Shown: in pieces, positions 1 through 9,800 of the stretch
How the letters are laid out: each line of letters opens with the position of its first letter
Numbering within the stretch: position 1 is the stretch's first letter
The notes under the pieces: generated by a model
What the model was told of the DNA's origin: nothing
The model's input: the letters and a program-made list of their open reading frames with translations, nothing else
Databases searched by the model: none
Made by a program: the position numbers and the translations under genes
NCBI GenBank assembly: GCA_041752695.1
Contig: JBGSVZ010000068.1
Coordinates: 23,242 to 87,241 of the forward strand
Direction of reading: 5' to 3'
DNA: 64,000 bases
Origin: Terrimicrobiaceae bacterium
GTDB lineage: Bacteria > Verrucomicrobiota > Verrucomicrobiia > Chthoniobacterales > Terrimicrobiaceae

Positions 1-32
1 AAATCAAATCCATTTCGTGGTGGTGAGGCGAG

Positions 33-1082
33 TTGACCGACCCAGGTTGCGTCGGTGCGGTTTCCAGATCTTGGAATGCGCGAACAATCACCGAGTTGTC
101 ACAGAAACCTTTCCCGGTAATTAATGTCAGCAACTTGAGTGGCCCGATGAAGGAGGCCGGCAATTTTCTGAGTGACGACCACGCCGTTGGTCGAATGCCG
201 GCGAAGCACCTTTTGGGTCAGGGTTACCCGCAATTTTTTGCCGTGGGTTCGGCCCCTGCCTACAGCTTGGAGCGGGTGGAAGGATTCGAGGCTGCGCTCC
301 GTGAGGAGGGGTCTTCCATGAAGAATTTGGTTTTTTCCCCCGGTTCGGGCACGGCGGAGAACACCGAGGCGCTTCGCTCGTTCATTGAGACAATGCCTCC
401 GGACGGTGCGATTTTCGCCACCAACGACTACGACGGTTGGCAGGTCCTTGAAACGCTGGAACAGATTTTTCCCAACCACCTAGATACCATGGGCGTGCTG
501 GGGGTGGATAACTCGCAAGAGGCAGGCTATTGGTATCCAGGTCCACTACCTGGGCTCTCATCTAACGTGCCAGGATTTGAAAGCATCGGGAGGGCGGCTA
601 TCGAGTGGTTGGTCAACCACAGCGGCCCGGGTGCGAAGGAGGAAACGGCGAAACAATCGAAGCGGTTCCCGCCGGCAGGTGTGGTGGCGCGGGGGTCCAC
701 CGCCTGCGGCGGCTGCGCCCATCCGGTCACGGCCAGGATGGCCAGATGGGTTTGGAACCGGGTGCAAAACGGCGAGGTGGTCTCCGTTGAGACAATTGCC
801 GAGCGGCACCGGATGTCGCGGAAGACAGTGTATCGTCTGTTCGCCGAGCACACCGGAAAATCGCCGATCGATTTCATTGCCAACCTGCGCATGGATCTCG
901 CGAGACACCTGCTCAAAACCACCGATCTGCCGATTGCGGAAATCTCCGAGCACTGCGGGTTTTCCAAGAACTCGGTGCTTTCCAGCGCGCTAGGCCGGAT
1001 CGAAGGCTGCACACCGAGGGATTACCGAAAGAATTTGAGAATGAAGATGGGGATTCACGACTCGTCCGGGACGAACATCTGA
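33..1082 (+). CDS. XylR-type transcriptional regulator (periplasmic-binding-protein-like sensor + C-terminal AraC HTH); N-terminus apparently disrupted or incomplete
   Basis: Sensor motifs DGAIFATND and GVLGVDN. AraC HTH RMDLARHLLKTTDLPIAEISEHCGF...EGCTPRDYR. An in-frame TGA at 24-26 precedes the ORF, so about 50 N-terminal residues seen in the paralog at 14889 are missing from this frame. Confidence 0.85.
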   Translation: MTDPGCVGAVSRSWNARTITELSQKPFPVINVSNLSGPMKEAGNFLSDDHAVGRMPAKHLLGQGYPQFFAVGSAPAYSLERVEGFEAALREEGSSMKNLVFSPGSGTAENTEALRSFIETMPPDGAIFATNDYDGWQVLETLEQIFPNHLDTMGVLGVDNSQEAGYWYPGPLPGLSSNVPGFESIGRAAIEWLVNHSGPGAKEETAKQSKRFPPAGVVARGSTACGGCAHPVTARMARWVWNRVQNGEVVSVETIAERHRMSRKTVYRLFAEHTGKSPIDFIANLRMDLARHLLKTTDLPIAEISEHCGFSKNSVLSSALGRIEGCTPRDYRKNLRMKMGIHDSSGTNI

Positions 1083-1172
1083 AGTGGGGTGAGAACCATC
1101 CGCGCGCAAACCCCGACAACTAATCCGCGATCCGGGATTGGCACTGTTTTGATCGATTCACTAACGTCAGCC

Positions 1173-3182
1173 ATGGTTCCTCACCCTCTCAGATGCTGTT
1201 TTTTCGGGGCGCTGCTTCTGCTCCCAGCGTCCGTCCTCTTCGCCCAGGAAATCCAGCGCGGACCCGACAAGATGGTCACCGGGATCCGCTATCTTCCCAT
1301 CGATCAAAAGTTCCTTAACCCCATCGATCCGTCGGAAGAAGCGGCTTTTTGGGATCGTGTCCGAGCCGTCCTCATGGAGAGAACCAAGAAACCGGACGGA
1401 AGCTACAAGGGCGTGGACAGCCGGACGTTCTTTGAGTCCGAGAAATGGTCCTATCCCTCCTCGTTGTGGCATATCCTCGCGGGCAACGTGGACGGCGGAA
1501 TGAAAGTCATCCAGTCCGAGGATGACGCGGCAAAGTCCTGGCATCAACACACCGAGGGAATTGACCTCTTCCCCGGGTTTACGGTCCAGGGTCAGGTGGC
1601 AAAATATTTCTTCTCGGGCAATCTCATGACCCCGGAATACAAGTCACGCATGGACCGCGCAATCAAGCAATGGACCGCGACCAATCCACGCACCACTCCG
1701 CATCCTGTTTTCAAAAAATACAACCCGGAAATCAAGGATGGCTGGGGGCCGGACCGCTTCGGCAACAAACAGGTGGACACGCGCCGGACAGATGCGATGT
1801 GGGGATTTACCGGCACTGCAATCTACCTTTTTGCGGAAGCTTCGGGGAACGAGGCGGTCCGGCAGCAGGCCAAGGATGAAATCCTTCGATATGTCTGGTC
1901 ACTCTACAACGTCGGCATGGGAGAATGGGATTCCTCGACCTATCTTCCGTTTTCGGTCGCCCCATATTTGAACTTGCATGCCTATGCCAAAGATCCCGAG
2001 GTGCGCATGGCGGCCAAGTTGGCGTTGGATTATTATCACGTGGCCGCCGCGTTGAAATACCGCAAAGGTCTCTTCAGTGGCACCTCGAAGCGGGACTACG
2101 GGAACGCTTACCGAATGAACAGTGGCGGGTTCAATACCTACTTCCCGCTCATCTTTGGCGGTGGGAAGGATTTTGCCAAGTCGGCCGACATGTATGCCGC
2201 CTACGCCATGATCTCGCCCTATCGCCCGCCCGCCGCGACGCTGGCCCTGGCCCGGAGGAAGCTCTCGAAGTCCATGGAAGTTCTCGCCAGCAAACCGGCC
2301 TACCAGTCGTGGGAGATGACCGGGGAAGCCGGGCCGAGTTTTTTCGAGACCCTGTTTCTGGCGAAAAGCTACGACTTAAGTTCAGTCGTTGGAAAGGGAG
2401 GCGCCGATGACATTGCCCCCTTCCGTCTGACCTTTGATCGAGGTAATGATTCCGCCGCGGTGTTTCTTGCCAGCAGCCGATCGCGTTTCTGTGAGAAGTT
2501 TGAGGGTGATGGAATTGGCCAGTATCGCAATCTGCTGGTTTGGTTGAGTCCACCGGCTGACGGCCAGTCTTTTCGTTTTGCCCTGCCGACGGGAATCGCG
2601 GTTTCCGGCGACGGGAACTGGCAGTTTGCGGATACTGGCACGGCGTGGATTGCCGTGCAGACTTTCGGGCTGGAAGGATTTTCCTCCGTGTCCCCGGACG
2701 AAAAGGAAAAGAAGGATTTTCCCGATACGGCGTTCTTTTCCGCGAAACGGACGGGATCCAGCGCGGGGGGATTTGCGCTGCTCGTGGCGGAGAAAGGTGA
2801 CTATCCTTCGTTCGGAGCGTTTAAAGACGCAGTGAAGACCAAGGCTCGTGTGGATAGTAAACGCCTTGCCGAAAAATCCGTCAGGCTCACCGCCCCAGAC
2901 GACACCTTTGTGGAGGTCCGTCTCGTCGAGGGCTCCCTCCCGGAAATCAACCGCAACGGTGAGGTTCGGGACTGGAGCGATTCTCAAAACTGGAAACTCT
3001 GGCAGACCGTTAACGGCGACCTGGTTTCACTGGGATGGAAAGAAGGAACCCTTCGCCTGGCGTGCGATAGCAGGACATACACCGGATCGTTCACCATCGA
3101 GGGGTGGCAGAAACCTGATGCCTCACCTAAGGATTTGGAGGTCACTAAGAACCTGAAAGCAGAAGCTGCGTTCAGCGACTGA
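1173..3182 (+). CDS. Secreted hypothetical protein (helical N-terminal half, beta-rich C-terminal half; possible glycan lyase/hydrolase)
   Basis: Long ORF. ATG at 1173 gives a signal-peptide-like start MVPHPLRCCFFGALLLLPASVLFA. A decayed paralog lies at about 5122-6033. Confidence 0.75.
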   Translation: MVPHPLRCCFFGALLLLPASVLFAQEIQRGPDKMVTGIRYLPIDQKFLNPIDPSEEAAFWDRVRAVLMERTKKPDGSYKGVDSRTFFESEKWSYPSSLWHILAGNVDGGMKVIQSEDDAAKSWHQHTEGIDLFPGFTVQGQVAKYFFSGNLMTPEYKSRMDRAIKQWTATNPRTTPHPVFKKYNPEIKDGWGPDRFGNKQVDTRRTDAMWGFTGTAIYLFAEASGNEAVRQQAKDEILRYVWSLYNVGMGEWDSSTYLPFSVAPYLNLHAYAKDPEVRMAAKLALDYYHVAAALKYRKGLFSGTSKRDYGNAYRMNSGGFNTYFPLIFGGGKDFAKSADMYAAYAMISPYRPPAATLALARRKLSKSMEVLASKPAYQSWEMTGEAGPSFFETLFLAKSYDLSSVVGKGGADDIAPFRLTFDRGNDSAAVFLASSRSRFCEKFEGDGIGQYRNLLVWLSPPADGQSFRFALPTGIAVSGDGNWQFADTGTAWIAVQTFGLEGFSSVSPDEKEKKDFPDTAFFSAKRTGSSAGGFALLVAEKGDYPSFGAFKDAVKTKARVDSKRLAEKSVRLTAPDDTFVEVRLVEGSLPEINRNGEVRDWSDSQNWKLWQTVNGDLVSLGWKEGTLRLACDSRTYTGSFTIEGWQKPDASPKDLEVTKNLKAEAAFSD

Positions 3183-3245
3183 ATCGGCTGACTTTCCGAA
3201 AGGTCCTGTTCCTCACCCACACTCCTCCCCACATCAGCCTTTGCA

Positions 3246-5105
3246 ATGGTTCCTTCCCCTCGCCGATTTCCTGCCGTCCTCTTCCTGATGCTGATGGGGA
3301 CCGCCCTTTGGTCTTCATGGGGCGCGCCCCCTGCGGGTTACACCCTGGAATGGGAGGAAAACTTCGACGGACTTGCCCTCGATACCACAAAATGGAGCCA
3401 TCGACAGCTCGGACCGCGCAGGGATGGAGTCAATGTCGCCGAAGCCGTTACCCTGACCGGAGCGGGCACATTGAAAATCACCACCAGCAAGGTGGGAACC
3501 GAGTATCACACCGGCATGATCGGCACCCAGGGGAAGTTCGAGCGGGCCTTTGGCTATTGGGAAGCCCGGATTAAACTCCAGGATCAGCAGGGCCATTGGT
3601 CTGCGTTCTGGTTGCAGTCGCCGACCATCGGAAGGCCGCTCGGCAACACGCAGGTCGCCGGAACCGAGGTGGATGTCGTGGAATACCACAGCAACTGGGG
3701 CGATGGACTGCAGAACACTCTCCATTGGGACGGTTATGGATCCGACCACAAATATGTCGCCGGATCCGCAAACATCCCGGGATTACACGATGGATTCCAT
3801 ACCTTCGCAGTGTTGTGGACACCCGATGAGTATATTTTCTACACCGATGGGATCGAAACATGGCGGACCTCCACCGCACTTTCCCACAGGACCCAGTATG
3901 CCATTCTGAGCCTGGAAGTTGGAACATGGTCGGGGAACATCGCCAACGCGACGCTACCTGATTCCATGGAAGTGGATTATGTCCGCTGGTACGCCCCGCC
4001 TGTCGAGCCAGCCCCCCCTCCTCCCGGTGTGATTGAAGATCCAGCCACGGCTGCCGGAACAGGTGATGTCATCGACCCGGTGGGCAGCGAAAGCGTCGAT
4101 CAGTTTTTCGGTACTCCGCCCGAAACGCTTGAGGCACGGAGCGATCTGCGGGTGTTGCAGGATTTCACTTTCTTCACCGCCTCCACTGCTGGTGACAACT
4201 TGGTCAGGTTCACCGACACCACCATGCCCGACATTCAGTTCCAGTTCAGCGGCGACTTTAGCACGACCCAGGCAGGAGCGGGCGCAACCAGCGCCCTTTT
4301 TTCCACCTCGGGAAGTTCCTATCTCACGCAGAGAAACACGACGGCGGGCACCTCCACCCTTACCCTTACATTCGGCACCTGGAGCGGAACCGCGTTTACC
4401 GGTAATCAATCCGTTCGAGCCGCTGGCTTTACCATGTCTCAAGTGTATGCGACCAAGTCCGGGGTGGTGATTTTCCGGGACTCCTCTGGAACAGCGATCC
4501 CGGGGGCTACCTTCTCTTACTCCGGTTTGAGTGATGGGGATGGCTCGGGCAATCACCGGGATATCTCGTTCGGCTGGGACTCCTTCGCTCAATCCACCGT
4601 CTCGATAGGATCCATCACCGTCACCTTCACGGACAGCGCCGCCCCATTCAGCATCGGACTCGATGATTTCGCATTCACTACGGTTACCCCCGCGACATCT
4701 TCGCGTTACGCCATCTGGGCTTCCACCAATGCGTCCACCGGAGGCACGGACGGTGACTTCGACAACGACGGCGTCGCCAATGCCGTCGAATTTGTGCTCG
4801 GCGGCGACAAGGACACCAACGACAGCGAAAAACTCCCCGCCCTGACAACTTCCGGCACCGATATCATCTTCACCTTCGTTCGCGACCGGGCTTCGATCGA
4901 TCCTAGCGTCAGCGTTGCGATAGAGGTCGGCACTGACCTGGACAACTGGCCGCTTGTTCACTCCGTGGGTGCGGATACCGCAAGCTCAAGTGCTGGTGTC
5001 ACTGTCATCGACAACGGCGACAATACCGACACCATCACCCTCGCCATCCCACGGGAGTTTAATCCCAGGAAATTCGCCCGCCTTAAGGTTGGCATCTCCC
5101 CATGA
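3246..5105 (+). CDS. GH16 glycoside hydrolase with extra beta domain and verrucomicrobial C-terminal domain
   Basis: Signal peptide; LEWEENFDG; YWEARIK; WSAFW; catalytic EVDVVE (ExDxxE); FHTFAVLWTPD; MEVDYVRWY; C-terminal DFDNDG...KFARLKV. Confidence 0.9.
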   Translation: MVPSPRRFPAVLFLMLMGTALWSSWGAPPAGYTLEWEENFDGLALDTTKWSHRQLGPRRDGVNVAEAVTLTGAGTLKITTSKVGTEYHTGMIGTQGKFERAFGYWEARIKLQDQQGHWSAFWLQSPTIGRPLGNTQVAGTEVDVVEYHSNWGDGLQNTLHWDGYGSDHKYVAGSANIPGLHDGFHTFAVLWTPDEYIFYTDGIETWRTSTALSHRTQYAILSLEVGTWSGNIANATLPDSMEVDYVRWYAPPVEPAPPPPGVIEDPATAAGTGDVIDPVGSESVDQFFGTPPETLEARSDLRVLQDFTFFTASTAGDNLVRFTDTTMPDIQFQFSGDFSTTQAGAGATSALFSTSGSSYLTQRNTTAGTSTLTLTFGTWSGTAFTGNQSVRAAGFTMSQVYATKSGVVIFRDSSGTAIPGATFSYSGLSDGDGSGNHRDISFGWDSFAQSTVSIGSITVTFTDSAAPFSIGLDDFAFTTVTPATSSRYAIWASTNASTGGTDGDFDNDGVANAVEFVLGGDKDTNDSEKLPALTTSGTDIIFTFVRDRASIDPSVSVAIEVGTDLDNWPLVHSVGADTASSSAGVTVIDNGDNTDTITLAIPREFNPRKFARLKVGISP

Positions 5106-5121
5106 TGATGGCACGGAAGAG

Positions 5122-6033
5122 GGGAAATCACGGATGGCGGGGATGACCTGGCCCCATGGCCGAACGACTTACTCCAGACAGGTCGGCTGTCGCGGGGGGA
5201 TGCATGGTCAAGCCAGATTCTGATACGGATGCGGCTGCTCCAAATGGTGGGGATGTTTACTGGCACCTTGAAGCGGGACTACGGGGATGTTTATCGAATG
5301 AACAGTGGGGGTTCAACACCTACTTCCAGTTTGTATTTGGCGTTGGGAGGGATTTCGCCAAGTCGGCCGACATGTCCACCGCCTATGCAATGCTCTCACC
5401 CTACCGGCCGACGGCCAGTTTTTCCGCCTCGCCTTCTTGGCGGGAATAGCTATTTCTGGCGATCGGAAGTAGCAATTTGCAGATACCGGTGCGGCGTGGA
5501 CCGCTGTGCAGACCGTCGGGCTGGAAGGATTTTCCTCCGTGACCGCTGACGAAAAGAAAAAAAAGGATTTTCCAGACACCGCGTTCTTCTCGGCAACGCG
5601 GACGGGAACTAGCGCGGGGGGATTTGCGCTGCTCGTGGCGGAGAAAGGTGACTAGCCTTCGTTTTGAACGTGTAAAGACGCGGTGAAGACCAAGGCCCGC
5701 GTGGATAGAAAACGCCTCGCCGAAAAATCCGTCAGGCTCACCGCCCAAGACGACACGTTTGTGGAGGTCCGTCTCGTCGAGGGCTCCCTCCCGGAAATCA
5801 ACCGCAACGGTGAGGTTCGGGACTGGAGCGATCCTCAAAACTGGAAACTCTGGCAGACCGTTAACGGCGACCTGGTTTCACTGGGATGGAAAGAAGGAAC
5901 TCTTCGCCTGGCTTGCGAGGGCAAGACCTACACCGGATCATTTGCGATCGAAGGATGGGAGAAATCGGATGTCTCACCCAAAGATCTCGAGACGAGCAAG
6001 AACTTGAAATCGAAGGCCGGGTTCAGCAACTGA
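5122..6033 (+). pseudogene. Decayed partial duplicate of the 1173-3182 gene
   Basis: About 5255-5410 matches about 2070-2228, and about 5410-6033 matches about 2560-3182. Defects: 1-bp frameshift near 5308, a ~330-bp internal deletion near 5410, and TAG stops at 5470-5472 (TGG in the parent) and 5653-5655 (TAT in the parent). The last 116 codons remain open. Confidence 0.9.
5758..5900 (+). repeat. 143-bp near-perfect direct repeat of 2907-3049
   Basis: Base-by-base comparison at offset 2851 shows one mismatch (T2982/C5833). Confidence 0.9.
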
Positions 6034-6125
6034 ATTGACGTGCAGTTCACGGATCGCAATTTCGGACAATCTCCGCGTGATCCGGCATTGTGCGATCGGC
6101 TGGATGCGGATCTGATGGTTGTCCC

Positions 6126-7613
6126 ATGCCTGCCAAAAAAATCACATTCATCGGCGCCGGAAGTATCGGCTTCACTCGGCGGCTTCTGGCGGATCTGCTG
6201 ACGGTTCCCGAGTTGCGCGGATTCGAGTTCGCGTTCACCGACATTAACTCTCGGAATCTCAGCATGGTCGAGCAACTCTGCCAGCGGGACATCCGGGAAA
6301 GCGGGCTTTCTATTAGGCTCACCGCGACCACGGACCGGCGGAAAGCATTGCGCGATGCGAGCTATGTTTTTTGTGTCGTCCGCATCGGCGGCCTTGAAGT
6401 GTTCCAGACCGACATCGACATCCCCCTGAAATACGGCGTTGATCAATGCGTGGGTGACACACTTTGCGCAGGCGGGATCATGTATGCCCAGCGCGGCATT
6501 GCGGCCCTCCTCGATTTTTGCAGGGATATTCGCGAAGTAGCGGCGCCGGGGTGCAGGCTTTTCAACTACGCCAATCCGATGGCGATGATGACATGGGCGT
6601 GCAACAAGTATGGCGGCGTCCCCACCGTGGGTCTGTGCCACGGCGTCGAGGGCGGGCACTGGCAGATCAGCCAGGCATTTGGATTCAAGGACAAAACAGA
6701 GGTGGACATTATCTGCGCCGGCATCAACCACCAGACGTGGTACATCTCGGTCAAACACAAAGGCCGCGATCTGACGGGCAAGGTGCTTGAGGCGTTCGAA
6801 AAGCACCCAGAATACCCCCGGACGGAAAAGGTGAGGATCGATATGATGCGACGGTTCGGGCACTATTCCACGGAGTCGAACGGCCATCTCAGCGAATATG
6901 TCCCGTGGTATCGGAAAAACCCGGAGGAGATCAGGAAATGGATCGATCTCGACCATTGGATTTGCGGGGAGACTGGCGGTTATCTCCGGGTCTGCACGGA
7001 GGGACGGTCTTGGTTCGAAACCGATTTCCCGAATTGGATGAAGGCTCCGGCGCTGGAGTTCAAACCGGAGACGCGCAGCGGAGAACACGGCTCCTACATC
7101 ATCGAAGGTCTAGAAACCGGTCGTACTTATCGCGGGCATTTCAATGTGGTGAACCGCGGTTGCATCACCAACCTACCCGAGGACGCAATCATTGAGGCGC
7201 CTGGTTACGTTGACGCCAATGGAATCAACATGCCGATCGTGGGTGACCTGCCGCTCGGGTGTGCGGCAGTCTGCAACGCTAGCATCAGCGTCCAGCGGCT
7301 AGCGGTTGAAGCGGCGGTCCATGGCGACGACACGCTCCTGCGGCAGGCGATGCTCATGGATCCGCTCACTGGGGCGCTCTGCACGCCTCCGCAGATCTGG
7401 CAGATGGTGGACGAGATGCTCGTTGCCCAGGCGGCATGGCTTCCGCAATACAAGGCGGCCATCCGCGCGGCCAAACGCCGACTCGACCGGGGCCCGCTGC
7501 TTCCGACGCTCAAAAACAACCGGGGTGCCGCCCGCCTGAAAACCAAGTCTGTCGCGCAGATGCGCAAAGACAAGGTGGCTGCGTCGGCGAATGCCGCGGC
7601 TGCGGCCAAGTAA
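6126..7613 (+). CDS. GH4 NAD+/Mn2+-dependent alpha-galactosidase/alpha-glucosidase (MelA-like)
   Basis: KITFIGAGS Rossmann start, DIPLKYG, NYANP, GLCH, AGINH, TESNGHLSEY. No signal peptide. ATG at 6126. Confidence 0.93.
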   Translation: MPAKKITFIGAGSIGFTRRLLADLLTVPELRGFEFAFTDINSRNLSMVEQLCQRDIRESGLSIRLTATTDRRKALRDASYVFCVVRIGGLEVFQTDIDIPLKYGVDQCVGDTLCAGGIMYAQRGIAALLDFCRDIREVAAPGCRLFNYANPMAMMTWACNKYGGVPTVGLCHGVEGGHWQISQAFGFKDKTEVDIICAGINHQTWYISVKHKGRDLTGKVLEAFEKHPEYPRTEKVRIDMMRRFGHYSTESNGHLSEYVPWYRKNPEEIRKWIDLDHWICGETGGYLRVCTEGRSWFETDFPNWMKAPALEFKPETRSGEHGSYIIEGLETGRTYRGHFNVVNRGCITNLPEDAIIEAPGYVDANGINMPIVGDLPLGCAAVCNASISVQRLAVEAAVHGDDTLLRQAMLMDPLTGALCTPPQIWQMVDEMLVAQAAWLPQYKAAIRAAKRRLDRGPLLPTLKNNRGAARLKTKSVAQMRKDKVAASANAAAAAK

Positions 7614-7639
7614 GATTCACCCGCCTTCCACCAGCAACA

Positions 7640-9736
7640 ATGCCCAATACGTCCGAGTCTCTTTTTTTCAATGCGCAACATTCCCCGGTGGGAGCCTTTG
7701 CGTCATTCACGCTGGGTTTTCCCGGTCAGAAAGGCGGGCTGGGAATGGAACTGGGCGGACCCTCGGATGAGAACGTTTACGTTGGGATGGAAACGCGGGC
7801 GGGAGGCACCTTCGAGGCCCTGCCCTTCTTTGCCGGTGGGGAGGACGAGAGCCGCCGCTACGATGTCTCGGCGGCAGACGGCGTCGCAAAACAGGTGCTT
7901 CGCTCATTTTCCAGGAAGGGCGTTGTCCGGAAATTCGCGGCCTGCACGGACACCTGGCAGGTCGGGGATCTTTCGTTCTCCATCTACTCCCCGGCGAAGC
8001 CCGTTCCTGATCCAGATGGCGGATCGAAGTCTGCGATGATGGCGGCGCTTGTGCCCGCAATCTTCGCCGAGATTACGGCAGACAACACCCTAGGGAAAAA
8101 GCCGCGTAAGGTTTTTTTCGGATACCAAGGCAATGACAGGCGCTCGGCGATGCGACGCCTCGATGACGTCTCTCGCGGCTCCTTTACGGGTATCGGGCAG
8201 GGATTGACCACGGCGATTGTTTCCGACACGCCCGGCGTCTATTCCGGGTTGGGGTTTACGGCCGAGAAATGCCTGGTGCCCGATCATGCCGAAAATCTCG
8301 TTTTCGGACTCGGCGGGGTGGGACTTTTGATGGCCGTTGTCCCGGCGGGGAAAAAGCAGACCTTCCGGTTTGCCATTTGCTTTCATCATGCGGGCATCGT
8401 CACCAGCGGGATGCCAGCTTCGTATTTCTACACACGGTTTTTTCCCGACATCGAAAGTGTCGCACGATTTGCCCTTAAAAACCTGCCGGAGCAGAAACGA
8501 CTTGCCATGGATTTCGACAGACGGATGGCCAAGTCCAAGCTCTCCGCCGACCGCCATTTCCAGCTCAGCCACGCCATTCGTAGTTACTACGGGAGCACCG
8601 AATTCCTGGAGAGTGAAGGCACGCCGTTTTGGGTGGTGAATGAAGGTGAATATCGGATGATGAACACCTTCGATCTCACTGTGGATCATCTCTTTTTCGA
8701 GATGGCACAGAACCCGTGGGCCGTCCGCAATCAACTCGACTGGTTCGTCGATCGCTTTTCTTATCAGGACAAGGTCCGTCTTCCAGGCGACGCGCGGGAG
8801 TATCCGGGTGGCCTGAGCTTTTCTCACGACATGGGGATCGCCAACCATGTGTCGCGGCCGGGATTTTCCACTTACGAACTTTTTGCTCTTGGTGGCTGTT
8901 TCTCGCACATGACGCATGAGCAGCTGGTAAACTGGGTCCTCTGCGGGGTGACTTACACGCTCACAACCAGCGACGAAAAGTGGCTCAGGGCGAAGCTGCC
9001 GGTCTTTCGGGCTTGTCTGAAGAGTCTTGTTGCCCGCGACCATCCTGACCCGAAAAAGCGCGATGGGGTCATGAGCGCGGATTCCTCCCGATGTCTCGGC
9101 GGAGCCGAGATCACCACCTATGACAGTCTTGATATCTCGCTAGGCCAAGCCCGCAACAACCTTTACCTCGCCGTAAAGACATGGGCTGCCTACGTCGGAT
9201 TGCGGGCGGTCTTCGCACTGACAGAAAGCGCTGCTTTCGCGCGGAACGCCGGTGCCCAGGCTGCCCTCTGCGCAGGGACAATCGTTTCCCACATGCGATC
9301 GGACGGATTTATTCCGGCCGTGATGGGTGAGGACAACGAGTCGCGCATCATTCCCGCCATCGAAGGATTGGTTTTTCCCAGGATCTGGGGGATGGACCAT
9401 TCCGTTAGCGTAGAGGGAGAATTTGGTGCGCTGATCGGTGCCTTGACCCGGCACCTCCGGACCGTGCTCGTGCTGGGCACATGTCTCTTTGCGGACGGGA
9501 CATGGAAGCTCAGTTCCACCAATGACAATTCCTGGCTGAGCAAGATCTACCTTTGTCAGTTCGTGGCGGAAAAAATTCTCGGTTTCGACCCATCCGCCGC
9601 GGCAGACGCTGGCCACAGTCGGTGGTTGTTGGATTCAGAAAACGCGTATTTCGCCTGGAGCGATCAGATGGTGAAAGGCAAAGCGTGTGGCAGCAAATAC
9701 TATCCGAGGGGCGTCACCGCATGGCTGTGGCTCTGA
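7640..9736 (+). CDS. GH52 beta-xylosidase
   Basis: Family N-terminus FFNAQHSPVGAFASFTLG; VVNEGEYRMMNTFDLTVD; EITTYDSLD; C-terminal GSKYYPRGVT. ATG at 7640; the longer ORF start overlaps the GH4 gene. Confidence 0.93.
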   Translation: MPNTSESLFFNAQHSPVGAFASFTLGFPGQKGGLGMELGGPSDENVYVGMETRAGGTFEALPFFAGGEDESRRYDVSAADGVAKQVLRSFSRKGVVRKFAACTDTWQVGDLSFSIYSPAKPVPDPDGGSKSAMMAALVPAIFAEITADNTLGKKPRKVFFGYQGNDRRSAMRRLDDVSRGSFTGIGQGLTTAIVSDTPGVYSGLGFTAEKCLVPDHAENLVFGLGGVGLLMAVVPAGKKQTFRFAICFHHAGIVTSGMPASYFYTRFFPDIESVARFALKNLPEQKRLAMDFDRRMAKSKLSADRHFQLSHAIRSYYGSTEFLESEGTPFWVVNEGEYRMMNTFDLTVDHLFFEMAQNPWAVRNQLDWFVDRFSYQDKVRLPGDAREYPGGLSFSHDMGIANHVSRPGFSTYELFALGGCFSHMTHEQLVNWVLCGVTYTLTTSDEKWLRAKLPVFRACLKSLVARDHPDPKKRDGVMSADSSRCLGGAEITTYDSLDISLGQARNNLYLAVKTWAAYVGLRAVFALTESAAFARNAGAQAALCAGTIVSHMRSDGFIPAVMGEDNESRIIPAIEGLVFPRIWGMDHSVSVEGEFGALIGALTRHLRTVLVLGTCLFADGTWKLSSTNDNSWLSKIYLCQFVAEKILGFDPSAAADAGHSRWLLDSENAYFAWSDQMVKGKACGSKYYPRGVTAWLWL

Positions 9737-9800
9737 TCGTAGGATTGCTTTCCGGTGATGTGCCGCAAAGCTTGGCAAAGAAAATCCCTCCTCTGATGAT

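Noticed and set aside
2849..6033. Repeat pair as a diversity-generating retroelement TR/VR
   Set aside because: The mismatches are not adenine-specific (T/C, C/G and C/A are all seen), there is no reverse transcriptase in the window, and the second copy is a decayed paralog.
7436..7639. N-terminal extensions of ORF-track calls (7436, 17807, 44386, 55232, 60785, 40645)
   Set aside because: They overlap upstream genes or precede the family N-terminus. Downstream ATGs give family-typical starts and, in some cases, ATGA coupling.
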